Shown: positions 11,764 through 23,866 of the stretch, piece by piece
Layout of the letters: every line of letters begins with the position of its first letter
How positions within the stretch are numbered: position 1 is the stretch's first letter
Source of the DNA: Podarcis erhardii
Taxonomy: Eukaryota
Assembly (NCBI GenBank): GCA_964252035.1
Contig: OZ176203.1
DNA: 64,000 nt
Strand: one strand, 5' to 3'
Notes under the pieces: generated by a model
Seen by the model: the letters and a program-made list of their open reading frames with translations, nothing else
Databases searched by the model: none
What the model was told of the DNA's origin: nothing
Translations under genes and position numbers: made by a program

Positions 11764-12846
11764 ATGGCAACAGCCTGGGCCACCGCTGCCTCAACAGCCC
11801 ATCAGACTAATAATTCAACTTGTGACCTATATGAGCACAGCGATACGGCACATATCCTGTTGCCCATGTTCTACAGTGTTATTTTCTTAATCGGAATGCT
11901 TGGAAACGCACTTGCTTTGGCTGTAATCGTTAAGAACAGAAAGAAGATGAATTCTACTACTATTTACTCAACGAATCTTGTTGTATCAGACATTCTTTTC
12001 ACTACGGCGTTGCCTGGAAGAATAGCATACTATGCACTGGGCTTTCACTGGCCACTTGGAGAAGCACTCTGCAGACTCTCAGCACTTGTCTTTTACATCA
12101 ACATTTATGCCGCTGTGAACTTCATGACATGCCTGAGCATTGACAGGTTTGTCGCCGTGGTTCATCCTTTACGCACAAAGATCAGAAGAGTTAAATGTGC
12201 CACGTACATCTGTTGCTTTGTGTGGTTTCTTGTACTTGCCCAAACCATTCCATTGCTTTTACAACAAATGTCATACGAGGAAGGAGAAAGAATAACATGC
12301 ATGGAATACCCAAACTTTGAACGAATTGCAAATCTCCCTTGGATACTTCTTGGAGCCTGCCTTCTGGGATACGCATTCCCCCTTGGGATTATATTAGTCT
12401 GTTACTCTAAAATTAGTTGCAAACTCTGCCATATTGCAAGAGAAAATCCACTAGCTGAAAAGTCCGGAACCAACAAGAAGGCTTTTAATACAATTATTTT
12501 TATCATCGTTGTCTTTGTCATCTGTCTTACTCCGTATCATGTTGCCATTATTGTATACATGATTAAGAAGATTGTGCTTAAAGATATCATTCCATGCAGC
12601 AGTCGGCAAATCTTCCAAAAGACCCTCCATTACACTGTTTTCCTGATGAATTTAAACTGCTGCTTGGATCCTTTTATCTATTTCTTTGCATGTAGAGGAT
12701 ACAAAAGAACAATCATGAAAATATTGAGACGTCAAGGAAGCATATCACTATCGAGCGCTGTCAAAACAGCTCCTGAGGAAAGCTCTCGTGATATAGGAGA
12801 CACACAGCTGTCTCCCCTTTCAACATCTCTAAATGGAAAAAGGTGA
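11764..12846 (+). CDS. GPR183: G protein-coupled receptor 183 (EBI2, oxysterol receptor), single coding exon, 360 aa
   Basis: Seven-TM class A GPCR: NNSTCDLY, GN..AL in TM1, LPGRIAYY, SIDRFVAVVHP, CMEYPNFE, TPYHVAII, LNCCLDPFIYFFACRGYKR, closely matching human EBI2. The ORF-track start at 11686 (TTG) lies upstream of a polypyrimidine/AG acceptor (ttctgtttttctAG, 11721-11734), so the first ATG of the exon (gctATGg, 11764, strong Kozak) is used. Confidence 0.96.
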   Translation: MATAWATAASTAHQTNNSTCDLYEHSDTAHILLPMFYSVIFLIGMLGNALALAVIVKNRKKMNSTTIYSTNLVVSDILFTTALPGRIAYYALGFHWPLGEALCRLSALVFYINIYAAVNFMTCLSIDRFVAVVHPLRTKIRRVKCATYICCFVWFLVLAQTIPLLLQQMSYEEGERITCMEYPNFERIANLPWILLGACLLGYAFPLGIILVCYSKISCKLCHIARENPLAEKSGTNKKAFNTIIFIIVVFVICLTPYHVAIIVYMIKKIVLKDIIPCSSRQIFQKTLHYTVFLMNLNCCLDPFIYFFACRGYKRTIMKILRRQGSISLSSAVKTAPEESSRDIGDTQLSPLSTSLNGKR

Positions 12847-13878
12847 ACACAAATTAACATTTGAAACGTGCTTCCAGAGTTTCTATTTCAGAAAACATTG
12901 GTAACAGTAAAAACCACGAACTATTTCTTTTTATAAAGGAGCTAATATTTTTATTCTTCCAGGAGTGGCGTGGATTGGAGTGGTGATGTAGCACATGTAG
13001 CCACAAGAAAGAGAAAAACTGGCATTGTATTTGCTTTTAAAATTTGTTTTCATGTCTTTGTTTGTCCATGTTGCTTTATCATGGGGTGCAGTTATGTATA
13101 TTTCTATTTCTGAATCTCAGGAGCCCAGGCAGGAGAGTGATTTAGGTCTTAGACAGAGAAGCAAGCTAAAATTAAACTGAATGTTTAACTCCAGTTCATT
13201 CACCCTTAACACCTATGACTGGTACAAGGGATATACCTGGAAGGAAGCATGTAATCATCTTTGCTTTTTCATAGGTAATGAACTACTATATAAAATCATT
13301 GTTTATATATAAAAGCCTCCTGTCACAAGAAGGGGGTGATTTGCCTAATCTACCAGTGTGACTTTCCAATCTACCATGTGGCTCACACAATACATCTCCA
13401 AGAATATGCAGTATACTGGCAAACTGTAGAATATGAAGCTACCACAGCTGGGCAGATGGTAAGCAACCAAGATAGGGAGGAGGTCAGAAGCAGGGTGCGG
13501 CTAAGAATGGCACTTCTTTCGGTAGGAAGCCAGTCACTGATTTAAGCAAAAAAACACCCAGTCTCTTAGCTTCTAAAAAACAAAGAAGAAAATAGCACGT
13601 TGTACAAGAGGAAGGAGGGAGGGGTTGCTATCCACCATCAGCAACATCTGCATCCTAAAAACCCTTTGTTGCCATTCTTCTGGTTTACTTTTCATACTGT
13701 TTTGTTTTCCATTAGTGAGTTCTTTTGCATCCTGATCCTGGGACTTTTTGTTTGTGTTCTTGTACCTACGTGCTTTCCTTTCTCAGAATCAGGGGGTCGT
13801 TGGATCACGTTGGGCTTGTTTTTTTAAATCCCAAGCATACATATAGGCAGCTGTGTTCTGGCAGAAACCAATAACCTC

Positions 13879-14137
13879 GCTCGGTCCCTGCTCCTGCCAA
13901 CCTAGCAGTTCGAAAGCACGTCAAAGTGCAAGTAGATAAATAGGTACTGCTCCGGCGGGAAGGTAAACGGCGTTTCCATGCGCGGCTCTGGTTCACCAGA
14001 AGCGGCTTAGTCATGCTGGCCACATGACCCGGAAGCTGTACGCCGGCTCCCTCGGCCAATAAAGCGAGATGAGCGCCACAACCCCAGAGTCGGTCACGAC
14101 TGGACCTAATGGTCAGGGGTCCCTTACCTTTACCTTT
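13879..14137 (+). mobile_element. Sauria SINE, 5'-truncated
   Basis: Starts mid-element (gctcggtccctgctcc), ends in ccttacctttaccttt. Confidence 0.85.
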
Positions 14138-15339
14138 AATAACCTTGCTTGGATTAAGGGTGAACTATGATAAATTAGTAAGCATGCAAGGGAAGTCATT
14201 CATGGAATAAGAGACTGAAGAATGGGTAGATATGTACAAAAACATATATTTTATAAATTCAGCTAAAAAAACTCTCCAGTAGGAAAAGTAAAGCAGCAGA
14301 ACACTAGCTTAAAAACTGGCTATTATGAAAGATGTGTCTATAAAATTAGAGATATTGTGGTAAAGGGCAGTACCCAGTTTTATAAGGCAATAACTCTCCC
14401 AAGTATGAAACCCAGAAGCAGGAACAGTGATTGGAACTTGAGGTCTGGATGGCACAAGCTACCTGTAGTATTTTTAGAGACATATCAAGTGAAAATTAGG
14501 TGGTATGTTTCATTGTGGGAGTTCTGATACCTCCTGATGTTATAAATAGTTGTGGACTGGTACCTAAAAGCAGTTGCTCTGTAGTAAAACAAGCAGTGAA
14601 CACGTGGCGCATGACAGCTGCCCGTGGAGGTGCGGAACCGTGGCAGAGCTCAAGCTACCAAAAGAACAGGAGTTAACACCACTACCAGTTCTTATGCAAT
14701 GTCCTTCCTTCCATTTAAGGATCAATAGATTTTAAAACATCAGAAATGAGTTAGGAACATTCCCATGTGAGCCTGGTACTAGGTAGCATTGAGTGACAGA
14801 TGAAAAACAGCCTGATTTTTAGACTTTTAAGGGTCATTTTTTTTCCTTCTAAAAATCACGTGTTTGACATGTTAATTGGTTTGAAACTCATGGCAATCAG
14901 CAACTTCGTTATTTGTCTGAAGAAGAAATGTAACACAATATCTATTCTTTAGGAACATATACAAATATAGTCAAAGCAAATTAAAACCATCTACTTGCAA
15001 TTTCCAACCTATGTTCATTTCACTTATTTATATTCCTGCTATTTTCCTGGACGCTTTTTTTTAGTCTAAGAGCAAGAAAAGCTGGGTCTACAAAAAGGTA
15101 CCAATGCCACATATGCCTATTATAAATATTGTTGTAATATCAAACTTGAAGTCAAGCCGAAAAAACTAAGAGTTTTGCACGATCAAGGCTTAAAGAACTG
15201 GCTCATATTAACTCAACACCCTTTAATGTAAAGCTAGTGAGGAATGGTTCCCTAAAGCACTGTTCCTCACGGTGGGCTGAGATGGAGCAGTTAGCCTGGA
15301 GCCACTTTCAGGTGGGCCTCCTTGCAGCTGCCTGCCCAG

Positions 15340-15508
15340 CAATGGCGTAGCGTGGGGGGTGCAGGGGGGGCCGGCCGCACCGGGCGCAACATCTGGGGGT
15401 TAGGGTTAGGGGGTGCAAATCCACGGGTTAGGGGGCACAAATCCACGGGTTAGGGGACGCAAATGACTTGCCTTGCCCCGGGTGCTGACAACCCACGCTA
15501 CGCCACTG
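15340..15508. mobile_element. hAT-type MITE containing TTAGGG repeats
   Basis: TIR CA(A/G)TGGCGTAGCGTGGG; perfect 8-bp TSD CTGCCCAG (15332-15339, 15509-15516). Confidence 0.82.
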
Positions 15509-16012
15509 CTGCCCAGGACCTTCTCGCTTGCCTGTCTAACCCACTAGCCATACCATAGCCTTTTGGTTGGACCAATTCCTTGCATGCTGAACAAAGGTGG
15601 TCACGAGATGGAGAAACTGGGGGAAGAAGGAGGTGGGAAATAACGTCTTCCGTCAATGCCAGAAGTTTCGCCACCACGAACCCAATACAAAATGTATTAA
15701 ACCAGGGATGGCCCTTGCGATGCTGTTAGACTGCAACTCCCATCATCCCTGACCATCTTTCCATGCTTGCTGGGGATTAAGAGAGTTAGAGTCTAACAGC
15801 ATCTGGTGGGCCACTGGTGCCCCATCTGTACATTAAACAATACATAGTAGTCAACCTAAAAAACTTGTACACACATACACACACATGCACACAGAGCAGA
15901 GAGTATATAATATTCCAAAAAAAACCCAAAAAACCAAACCTGGATGATAACACAGTTCTATTACTTTTGTATTACTGTTGATGGTGAGACAGTGTCTTGA
16001 CTGAAGCCATTA

Positions 16013-16254
16013 CAGTGGTACCTCAGGTTACATATGCTTCAGGTTACATACGCTTCAGGTTACAGACTTCGCTAACCGAGAAATAGTACCTCGGGTTAAG
16101 AACTTTGCTTCAGGATGAGAACAGAAATTGTGCTCCGGTGGCACGGCGGCAGCAGGAGGCCCCATTAGCTAAAGTGGTGCTTCAGGTTAAGAACAGTTTC
16201 AGGTTAAGAACGGCCCTCCGGAACGAATTAAGTACTTAACCCGAGGTACCACTG
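16013..16254. mobile_element. MITE family A (reverse orientation)
   Basis: Same TIRs and internal TTCTTAACCTGAA subrepeats. Confidence 0.85.
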
Positions 16255-16286
16255 CACTGAGTTGAGATTTGGACCATCAATTGTAT

Positions 16287-16787
16287 CCCACCCTCTTTAC
16301 TACTACATGACACAAGCTCTTCTCCACCTTTTGCAATGTTCTTGGTGGCTCATGCTAAAGGATAATACAGAATTCTGTCCTTTTAAGCAAGAGAAACCAG
16401 GCACCAAACTTTCTGCAGTTAGTATCTGGTGAGTTACTAACTTTCCTGCTGAGACACTATAAGTAGAAGTGCCAGCTATCAAGGATCATGAGATGTCTGG
16501 ATAATGGGACAAGCTACTTAAGCATCTGCAAATACAAAGGGCATGAAAATTAGTTGGTGCAGACAAACTCTTTATATTTCATTGCAGGTACTTTCAGATA
16601 TTACTATTACTGCCCAGCAATGTCCCTTCCATTGCACAGAGATGGTAAATGCAATGTACAGTGGCTTAAGATTCAGCCATCAGCCTGTCATTAACCCTCT
16701 GGAAAAGACATACGTATATTTAGGCTGGGGTACTGTCAATGCCGCAAAGAGTCACAAGTTATCTGCAAAGTCCTGACATTTCAGAGC
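16287..16787 (-). repeat. Inverted duplicate, copy B (partner 1184-1676)
   Basis: Reverse complement aligns to 1184-1676 at about 97.5%; not inside any recognised repeat. Confidence 0.93.
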
Positions 16788-17670
16788 AGTATCTCATGAT
16801 CTCCCATTGCGGCTTCATCCTTGGCAATGAAGAGGAAGGAAGTCTGGTGACTTAAGTCTGGCCAAAGGTACTCTTCCCTTTATAAATGTGGCCTCACAAG
16901 GCAAAGAGATATTGACAGTATTTTCAAATGTGATTATTGAGCAAAATGCTGCAGACAAGCTGGTAATTAGTAATGGTAATTATCAGTGTTGTCACTAGTT
17001 AATCCTTTGAATTGTAGAAAAATTCATGTATGGAATCTGAATATACTTGGCTATGACGAAGAAGGTAGTACCCAGACCTAGGGCTAACACACTCACTGAA
17101 ATCAATGGAGGTTAGTTATGACTGACTAAAATCCAATTGATTTCATTGGGTGTACCTAAATCTGGACCCAACTCTTTGTCTTTAGGTGCTGCAGATATCT
17201 TCTTAGAAGAGGGATCTTCCCTTCACTTTTATACAGGAGGGAATGCCTGTTCTAAGTGTGCCCTTGCCGCATGCACGTATAAAAATAAAGCATTTTTTTT
17301 TTAAAAAAATCTGCCATCTAGTTGAAAATGTCATAGCCCTAGTAATTACTGGTATGTTATCCCCTGAATCAAGTTCTCTCATACAGGAGATGAGAAACCA
17401 GCACAGGAACACCATCTCTCCCGCTTCTCTTCTAAAAAAAACTATGGTTCTCATATCTTCCATGACCAGACATGATATCAGTGTCAGCAGCAAAAGAGCC
17501 AATTGTGCTACTGTTGGTCCCTGACACTGACAATGGCAGAGATAGTGGCAGAATTCCATACAGGCCCCTTGTACTGCATCCTACAGGTCTTTTCAGTCTT
17601 TTTTTGAGCTCTAAATTACAATGTGTAAACACGTATTAGTTCTAGCTTTAGCTGTGTTATACATAACACA

Positions 17671-18031
17671 GGGACGCGGGTGGCGCTGTGGGTAAAACCT
17701 CAGCGCCTAGGACTTGCCGATCGCATGGTCAGCGGTTCGAATCCCCGCAGCGGGGTGAGCTCCCGCCGTTCGGTCCCAGCTCCTGCCCACCTAGCAGTTC
17801 GAAAGCACCCTTAAGTGCAAGTAGATAAATAGGTACCGCTTTATAGCGGGAAGGTAAACGGCATTCCGTGTGCTGCTCTGGTGCCGGTTCACCAGAGCAG
17901 CTTTGTCACGCTGGTCACGTGACCCGGAAGTGTCTGCGGACAGCGCTGGCTCCCAGCCTCTAGAGTGAGATGAGCGCACAACCCTAGAGTCTGTCAAGAC
18001 TGGCCCGTACGGGCAGGGGTACCTTTACCTT
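17671..18031 (+). mobile_element. Sauria SINE, full length, distinct subfamily
   Basis: Full head and (ACCTTT) tail; TSD TACATAACAC at 17660-17669 and 18032-18041; diagnostic variants (gtaaaacctcagcg, gtgtctgcggacagcg). Confidence 0.88.
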
Positions 18032-19811
18032 TACATAACACTACATTTGGGATTTATAAAAGTGAGTAGGCAGAACTCACACATTGTGAAATACGATTTC
18101 ACAATATTTGTACAACTAGGTCTGTGACCTCAATGGAACCTATAGTTTAGTTTGACTTTTTTCTAAGTATCTAAAACATTTTGAGACATGGAATCGTGTT
18201 TAGGAAGAAAGAAAGAAAGAAATGCAAGTCCTCACTCTTTGGAGTCAACCTATTATCTTGAAATACGTTTAAGAATCACCTGCAGTACAAACTCCAACCC
18301 AAACAGCACACTTTTGGAAAAGTTATTTGTATATATATTTCCCACTCAATTTCACTCAATTTCACTTCCACTCGGATAAAAACAAACCAATGTTTCAGTC
18401 GCAAAGCTGATGAAATTTCTATACCTTCCTCTAACCAAACTTTTGTAGAAAACTAATAGATTAAGGTCAACGCACATCTGTATGCGCTTATACAAGTTAC
18501 CAAGGCAAAGACACAACATGTGGTTTATGTTTTGAAATGCTTTCTCAGAATAGCCCGAAAACTTCCTCCCAAGAATCTTTCACAACATGATATCCATCAG
18601 TATAAACAAGAAAAGGAAGTGAAGGTACTGCTGGCAAGACACCTTCCTCATTTGATTTGCCACCTCATTATACCTTGCCGCTTCTAACCGCATTAAGCAC
18701 TTTTTGTGTGGTGACAATATTGACTGGAAGTGAAATTGAGGTTTTTCAAGGTGCTGAACCAATCCTGCCATGCAGCTACTTGCTGCAATTGCCAAATTTT
18801 GTGCACACTTTTTCATTTTGAAAAGCATTTCTCCCAAGACAATGGCAAGAAAACACATCACCAAGTATGAAATGAAATTTAAAAAAAAGAAAATGAAGTC
18901 AAAGCTTTTCTAAGACAAAAAACCTCCCTTATTTCCGTGAGCAGCTGTCATGGTTTTACGTCTACAATGAATTCAAGAAAGCCATTCTCTGCACAAAGAA
19001 AAGGGGAAATAATCATAGTTTTACTGCAAAAAATAGGCAGGACTCACACAAGTGCCTTTCAAAAGAGCCGTGCAGTTAAGAGGAAGTTTGCCCTTATCTT
19101 CCTTGATGTTGCTGCTTGGAGTGGAAAAACAAACAAACGTAAGTGGGCTTGCTCAGAAGCTGGGGTTCTGGCAATTGCCCTAGGATACAAGGTCATCTTA
19201 TTGGTTTTACTCATTTATTTAATAAAATGTATACACTGCTTGATTGTAAAAACAACAACAACACACCACAAAGCAGTTTACAAAAGGATAAAACAAATCA
19301 ATAAAAAAATACAACAATAGTTTAAAACATGCAAAAAGTTGAAATACTAATGATGCACACATGCCCTCTTCAAATCTGCTCACTGGAACGGGGCCTGTAT
19401 CAATGCTATGTTGGATGGCACTAGCAAAAGTGTTTTACTCATTATGGCAAAGAGAAGACTAGACACTGTGAAGCAGCCTTGGGAGATAATAAACTGTCAC
19501 ATACTGGTCTGTTTCTCTCCAAACAAACCACAAACGGAAGCCAAGGTCCGTTCCAGTATGCTGCTCATTCACTGTAAGTCATAAACCATAAGCTGCCGTA
19601 ACATGTGAACCAGTCCACAAAATCCAGGGTTCAAATGGTATTTGAACCTGGGTTCCCATGTCTAAGCTCCAAGTTTTGTCTAGCTGATGAAATATCACTT
19701 TCTTGAAGCCCTACCATATCAGAGTAGAGCATCAAGGTACTTTTGCAAGATATTGCATCATCCATGTAGACATTTGTGAGGGTGGTGGAAAGAAAAGAAC
19801 TTGTGATTTTA

Positions 19812-21434
19812 TATCAAGATGAATGTATTGCCAAAAATGTTGTTTTTGTTTCAAACATTACAGATTGTGGACAAAACGGAGTGCTTCCGGAAGTGGCAGA
19901 AAGATATATCCAGATTTGTCTGGCAGGGCAAAAAGCCCAGAATTAAGTTTAAGATATTAACAGATGCGAAAGAAAGAGGGGGCTTTGCCCTGCCAGACTT
20001 AAAGTTGTACTATGAAGCCGCAGCTTTTTGCTGGCTAAAAGACTGGCTACTTCTCGAAGACACTGACGTGTTGGACTTGGAAGGTTTTAACAATGCTTTT
20101 GGTTGGCATGCATACTTATGGTATGATAAAGTTAAGATCAATAAGGCCTTTAAGAACCATATTGTCAGGAAAGCAGTGTTTAATGTCTGGACAAAATACA
20201 AAGACTTACTGGAAAATAAAACTCCAAGGTGGCTCTCACCTCTGGAGGCTAAGGCCCTAAAAAGACCCAATATGGAGGCCAAATGGCCAAAATATTGGGA
20301 AATATTAGAAAAAGATGGAGACAATTGGAAATTGCAGAGTTTAGAGAAAATGAAGGATAAGGTGCGAGACTGGTTACATTATGCTCAGATTAAAGAAGTT
20401 TTTAAAAATGATAAAAAGTTAGGGTTCCAGGTGGAGAAATCGAAGTTAGAAACTGAATTGTTAGAACCAAAGACTAAGGTATTATCTAGAATGTATAACT
20501 TGCTGTTAAAATGGAATACACAAGACGAAATGGTTAAATCGGCTATGATAAAATGGGCACAGGACATTGGGCATAACATCATGTTTGAGGACTGGGAAAG
20601 GTTGTGGACCACTGGGCTGAACTTCACCGCATGTAATGCTCTGAAGGAAAATGTAATGAAAATGATATATAGATGGTACATGACCCCAGTTAAACTTGCC
20701 AAAATATACCATTCGTCTGATAATAAATGTTGGAAATGTAAAGAAAACGAAGGAACATTCTTTCACCTCTGGTGGACATGCCCTAAGGTGAAGGTCTTCT
20801 GGGAAATGATATATAATGAGCTGAAAAAGGTATTTAAGTATACCTTCACTAAGAAACCAGAGGCCTTCCTTCTGGGTATTGTCGGCCAGAAGGTGTTAAA
20901 GAAGGACCGAACATTCTTTATGTATGCAACAACGGCAGCAAGGATACTCATCGCAAAAAAATGGAAAACTCAAGATCTACCCACACTGGAAGAGTGGCAG
21001 ATGCAACTGATGGACTATATGCAACTGGCCGAGATGACTGGCAGAATCCGTGACCTGGGAGAAGAGAAGATGGAGGAAGACTGGGAGAAATTCAAGAAGT
21101 ATCTACAAAAACATTGTAATTTGGTTGAATGTTAAGAAGGATGCTAGATTATAAAAAATTGGCCACCACTAAATTAGATTTGAAATTTGATGATAAGTGA
21201 GATTAAAGAAAATATAAAATTTATTGGAAGAAGTGCTAGATTATATTTGAATGTGTGGACATGAGATTGTAAACAAGTTGATAATTTGTTTGGAAAAAAC
21301 TTTTAACGATGTAAATGGGAGCGGGAGACACGAGGGAGTCCAAAGAAGTCATGAAATTATGTCTGTGATAGAAGTAAGATTGTTTATTATTTGTGCATTT
21401 ATATTTTAAAACTTTAATAAATATTTATAAAAAT
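19812..21434 (+). mobile_element. Young 5'-truncated L1-clade LINE: C-terminal ORF2 (uninterrupted 438-aa frame 19819-21135) plus 3' UTR
   Basis: Post-RT region GGFALPDL and Cys-rich zinc-binding motif KCWKCKENEGTFFHLWWTCPKV; AATAAA and A-rich end; perfect 22-bp TSD AAGAAAAGAACTTGTGATTTTA at 19790-19811 and 21435-21456. Confidence 0.9.
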
Positions 21435-21629
21435 AAGAAAAGAACTTGTGATTTTAAAAAAGAAAAGGCTTTTGTAAGCCTACAGCTAGGAGTAGTTTTA
21501 TGAATAGTTTCATGGATATCAACAGTTTCAACAGCTATGCCAAAGCCACACAACAGTTTGCAACCCATAAAGTCGAATGCAGGTCAACAGCTGTGTAGAC
21601 AGTCAACCAAGTGGTTGATAAAGTTTTGG

Positions 21630-22640
21630 GGTGTGTTGTCAGCAGTATGCTGATGACACACTGCTCTATTCTCCTTTACATCTGCAGGCGTAGCTGTGGA
21701 TGTGCTGGACCGGTGTCTTGCCTCGGTAATGGACTGGATGAGAGCCAATAAACTGAAGCTCAATCCAGATAAGACAGAGGCACTGTTAGTGGGTGGTTCC
21801 CTAGACCAGATGGATGGGAGACTGCCTGCACTTGAGGGATTGACAATCCTTCTTAAGAAGCAGGTACCTGTTGCTTGAGGCCCAGGTGGTGCTGTGTGCC
21901 TTCTGCCAGCTTCAACTCATGGCCCAGCTACGCCCCTATCTGGACAAGGGTAGCCTAACTTCCGTGGCCTATGCTTTGGTCACCTCTAGGTGGATTATTG
22001 CAATGCGTCATACATGGGGCTGCCTCTGAAGATGGTTCAGAAACTTCAGCTGCTGCAAAATTTGATGGCCAGGTTGCTCACTGGACCAAGACGGTTTGAG
22101 CATATAACATCAATCCTGGCCCAACTACACCGTGTGCCAATTAGTTTCCAAGCCCAATTCAAAGTGCTGGTGCTGACCTTTGCAGTCTTACATGGTTGAA
22201 GACCTCAATACTTTAAGGACTGCCTCTTCCCATACAAACTGACCTGGACCCCGTGCTTGTCATTTGAGGCCCTTCTCTATGTCCCGTCCCCCCCCCCACA
22301 TCCCCAAGAGGTTTGGAGGGTGACAAAACGAGAAGCAGATTTTTCTGTGATGGTTCCCCGTCTGTGGAGTGCTCTCTCCAGAGAGGCTTGCCTGGCAACT
22401 ACATGTCTTCTGGCACCAGGCGAAAAATTTCCTCTTTACTCAGGCCTTTGGCCATTAAATAATCTACGACCTGTTCAATGTTGGGAGGGGGGCTGTTATT
22501 ATGATAATTTTAAAAATTATGCTGTGTATTATTATGCTCTATATATTTTTTAAATTATGCTGTGTAAATTATGTTCCTAATGTTGTGCACCGACCTGGGA
22601 TATTTGGCTAAAGGGTGATCGATAAATCAAATAAATAAAT
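21630..22640 (+). mobile_element. Older L2-clade LINE fragment
   Basis: RT motif QQYADDT (21640-21660), WMRANKLKLNPDKTE, DYCN..Y.GLP, QFKVLVLTF; frameshifted. Confidence 0.8.
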
Positions 22641-23866
22641 CTCCTGTATTTACTATCTGTGCAAGGCTGCAAAAACAGAGAGGATTTTCAAGGAACTGAC
22701 ATACCACAATATTCAGGGGTATAGGCTGGATCTGGTTTTGTGGGTCACAAGTTGTGCAGGCTATGTAAAAACAAGTTAGTCCCTAGTCCCTGCACAACTT
22801 ATGGCTGAACAAGCCAAACACAAGCCACCAGCTATTTCTTTGGCATGCCAGGAGGTTGACACTCACACATGACCATGGCAGTTTTTACAATCCTAAGCAT
22901 GCAGCAAAAACCAATATGTTAATGAAGTTTGTGGGCTGCATTTGGCTTGATGGATCACATATTGTAAGGTCTGATCTCTTATGTCAGTTAAGACAGTCAC
23001 ATATGCCACCAGCAAGTCAAACTACTGTATTCCATGACTGCTCTGAAGCAATAATAGATATTGAACAGTAGAGGGCAATACAGTTACATCAATAACTCTA
23101 GCCTTTTGAAGGCAAGGCGAATAAATACAACTAAGATAAAGCATGGGCATACAGAACGATATTTAAGGAAATAGACTAAATACAATGGAATGAATCATTC
23201 GGAGTGTTGCTAATATCCAAAGATAACAACAGCACATCAATGCCATCTCTCTCACAAAGATGGCCTAGCGTTCTATATAGATTCAGCAATTTCACATGGA
23301 ATTATTAGGGAACTTGCCACATCCACCATAAATACTTTCAGTCTCAAACCAATACTAAGCATTGCCCAAGCACTAACAATAATGCAGCTTCTTGATTTCT
23401 TAATTTTAAGAAAAGCCCCCAAGGTCTCTCGGCTTTGTAAGTACCGATTGTCATCTTTCTGAATTCTCAGCAGCCTAAAAAAGTATGCATTTGTGTCACA
23501 CTGGAGCCAAAGTCCAAACCTCTACACTAGTGCTTAGTGCTTGAGGAGATGTATTTGGGCTTTGTGTTGTTTTCCCCTCAATTATTACTTCCTCGTCCTT
23601 TGAAAGTTCCAGAAACCTGAAGCCTGTTGTGGACATGTGTGGACATGTACAGTGGTACCTTGGGTTAAGAACTTAATTCGTTCTGGAGGTCTGTTCTTAA
23701 CTTGAAACTGTTCTCAACCTGAGGTACCACTTTAGCTAATGGGGCCTCCCTCTGCCGCCACGCTGCCACCGTGCGATTTCTGTTCTCATCCTGAGGTAAA
23801 GTTCTTAACCTAAGGTACTATTTCTGGGTTAGTGGAGTCTGTAACCTGAAGCGTCTGTAACCTGAG

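Noticed and set aside
1184-16787. Idea that the inverted pair are TIRs of a 15.6-kb transposon carrying GPR183
   Set aside because: No TSD outside the pair, no transposase, and GPR183 is at its ancestral syntenic position.
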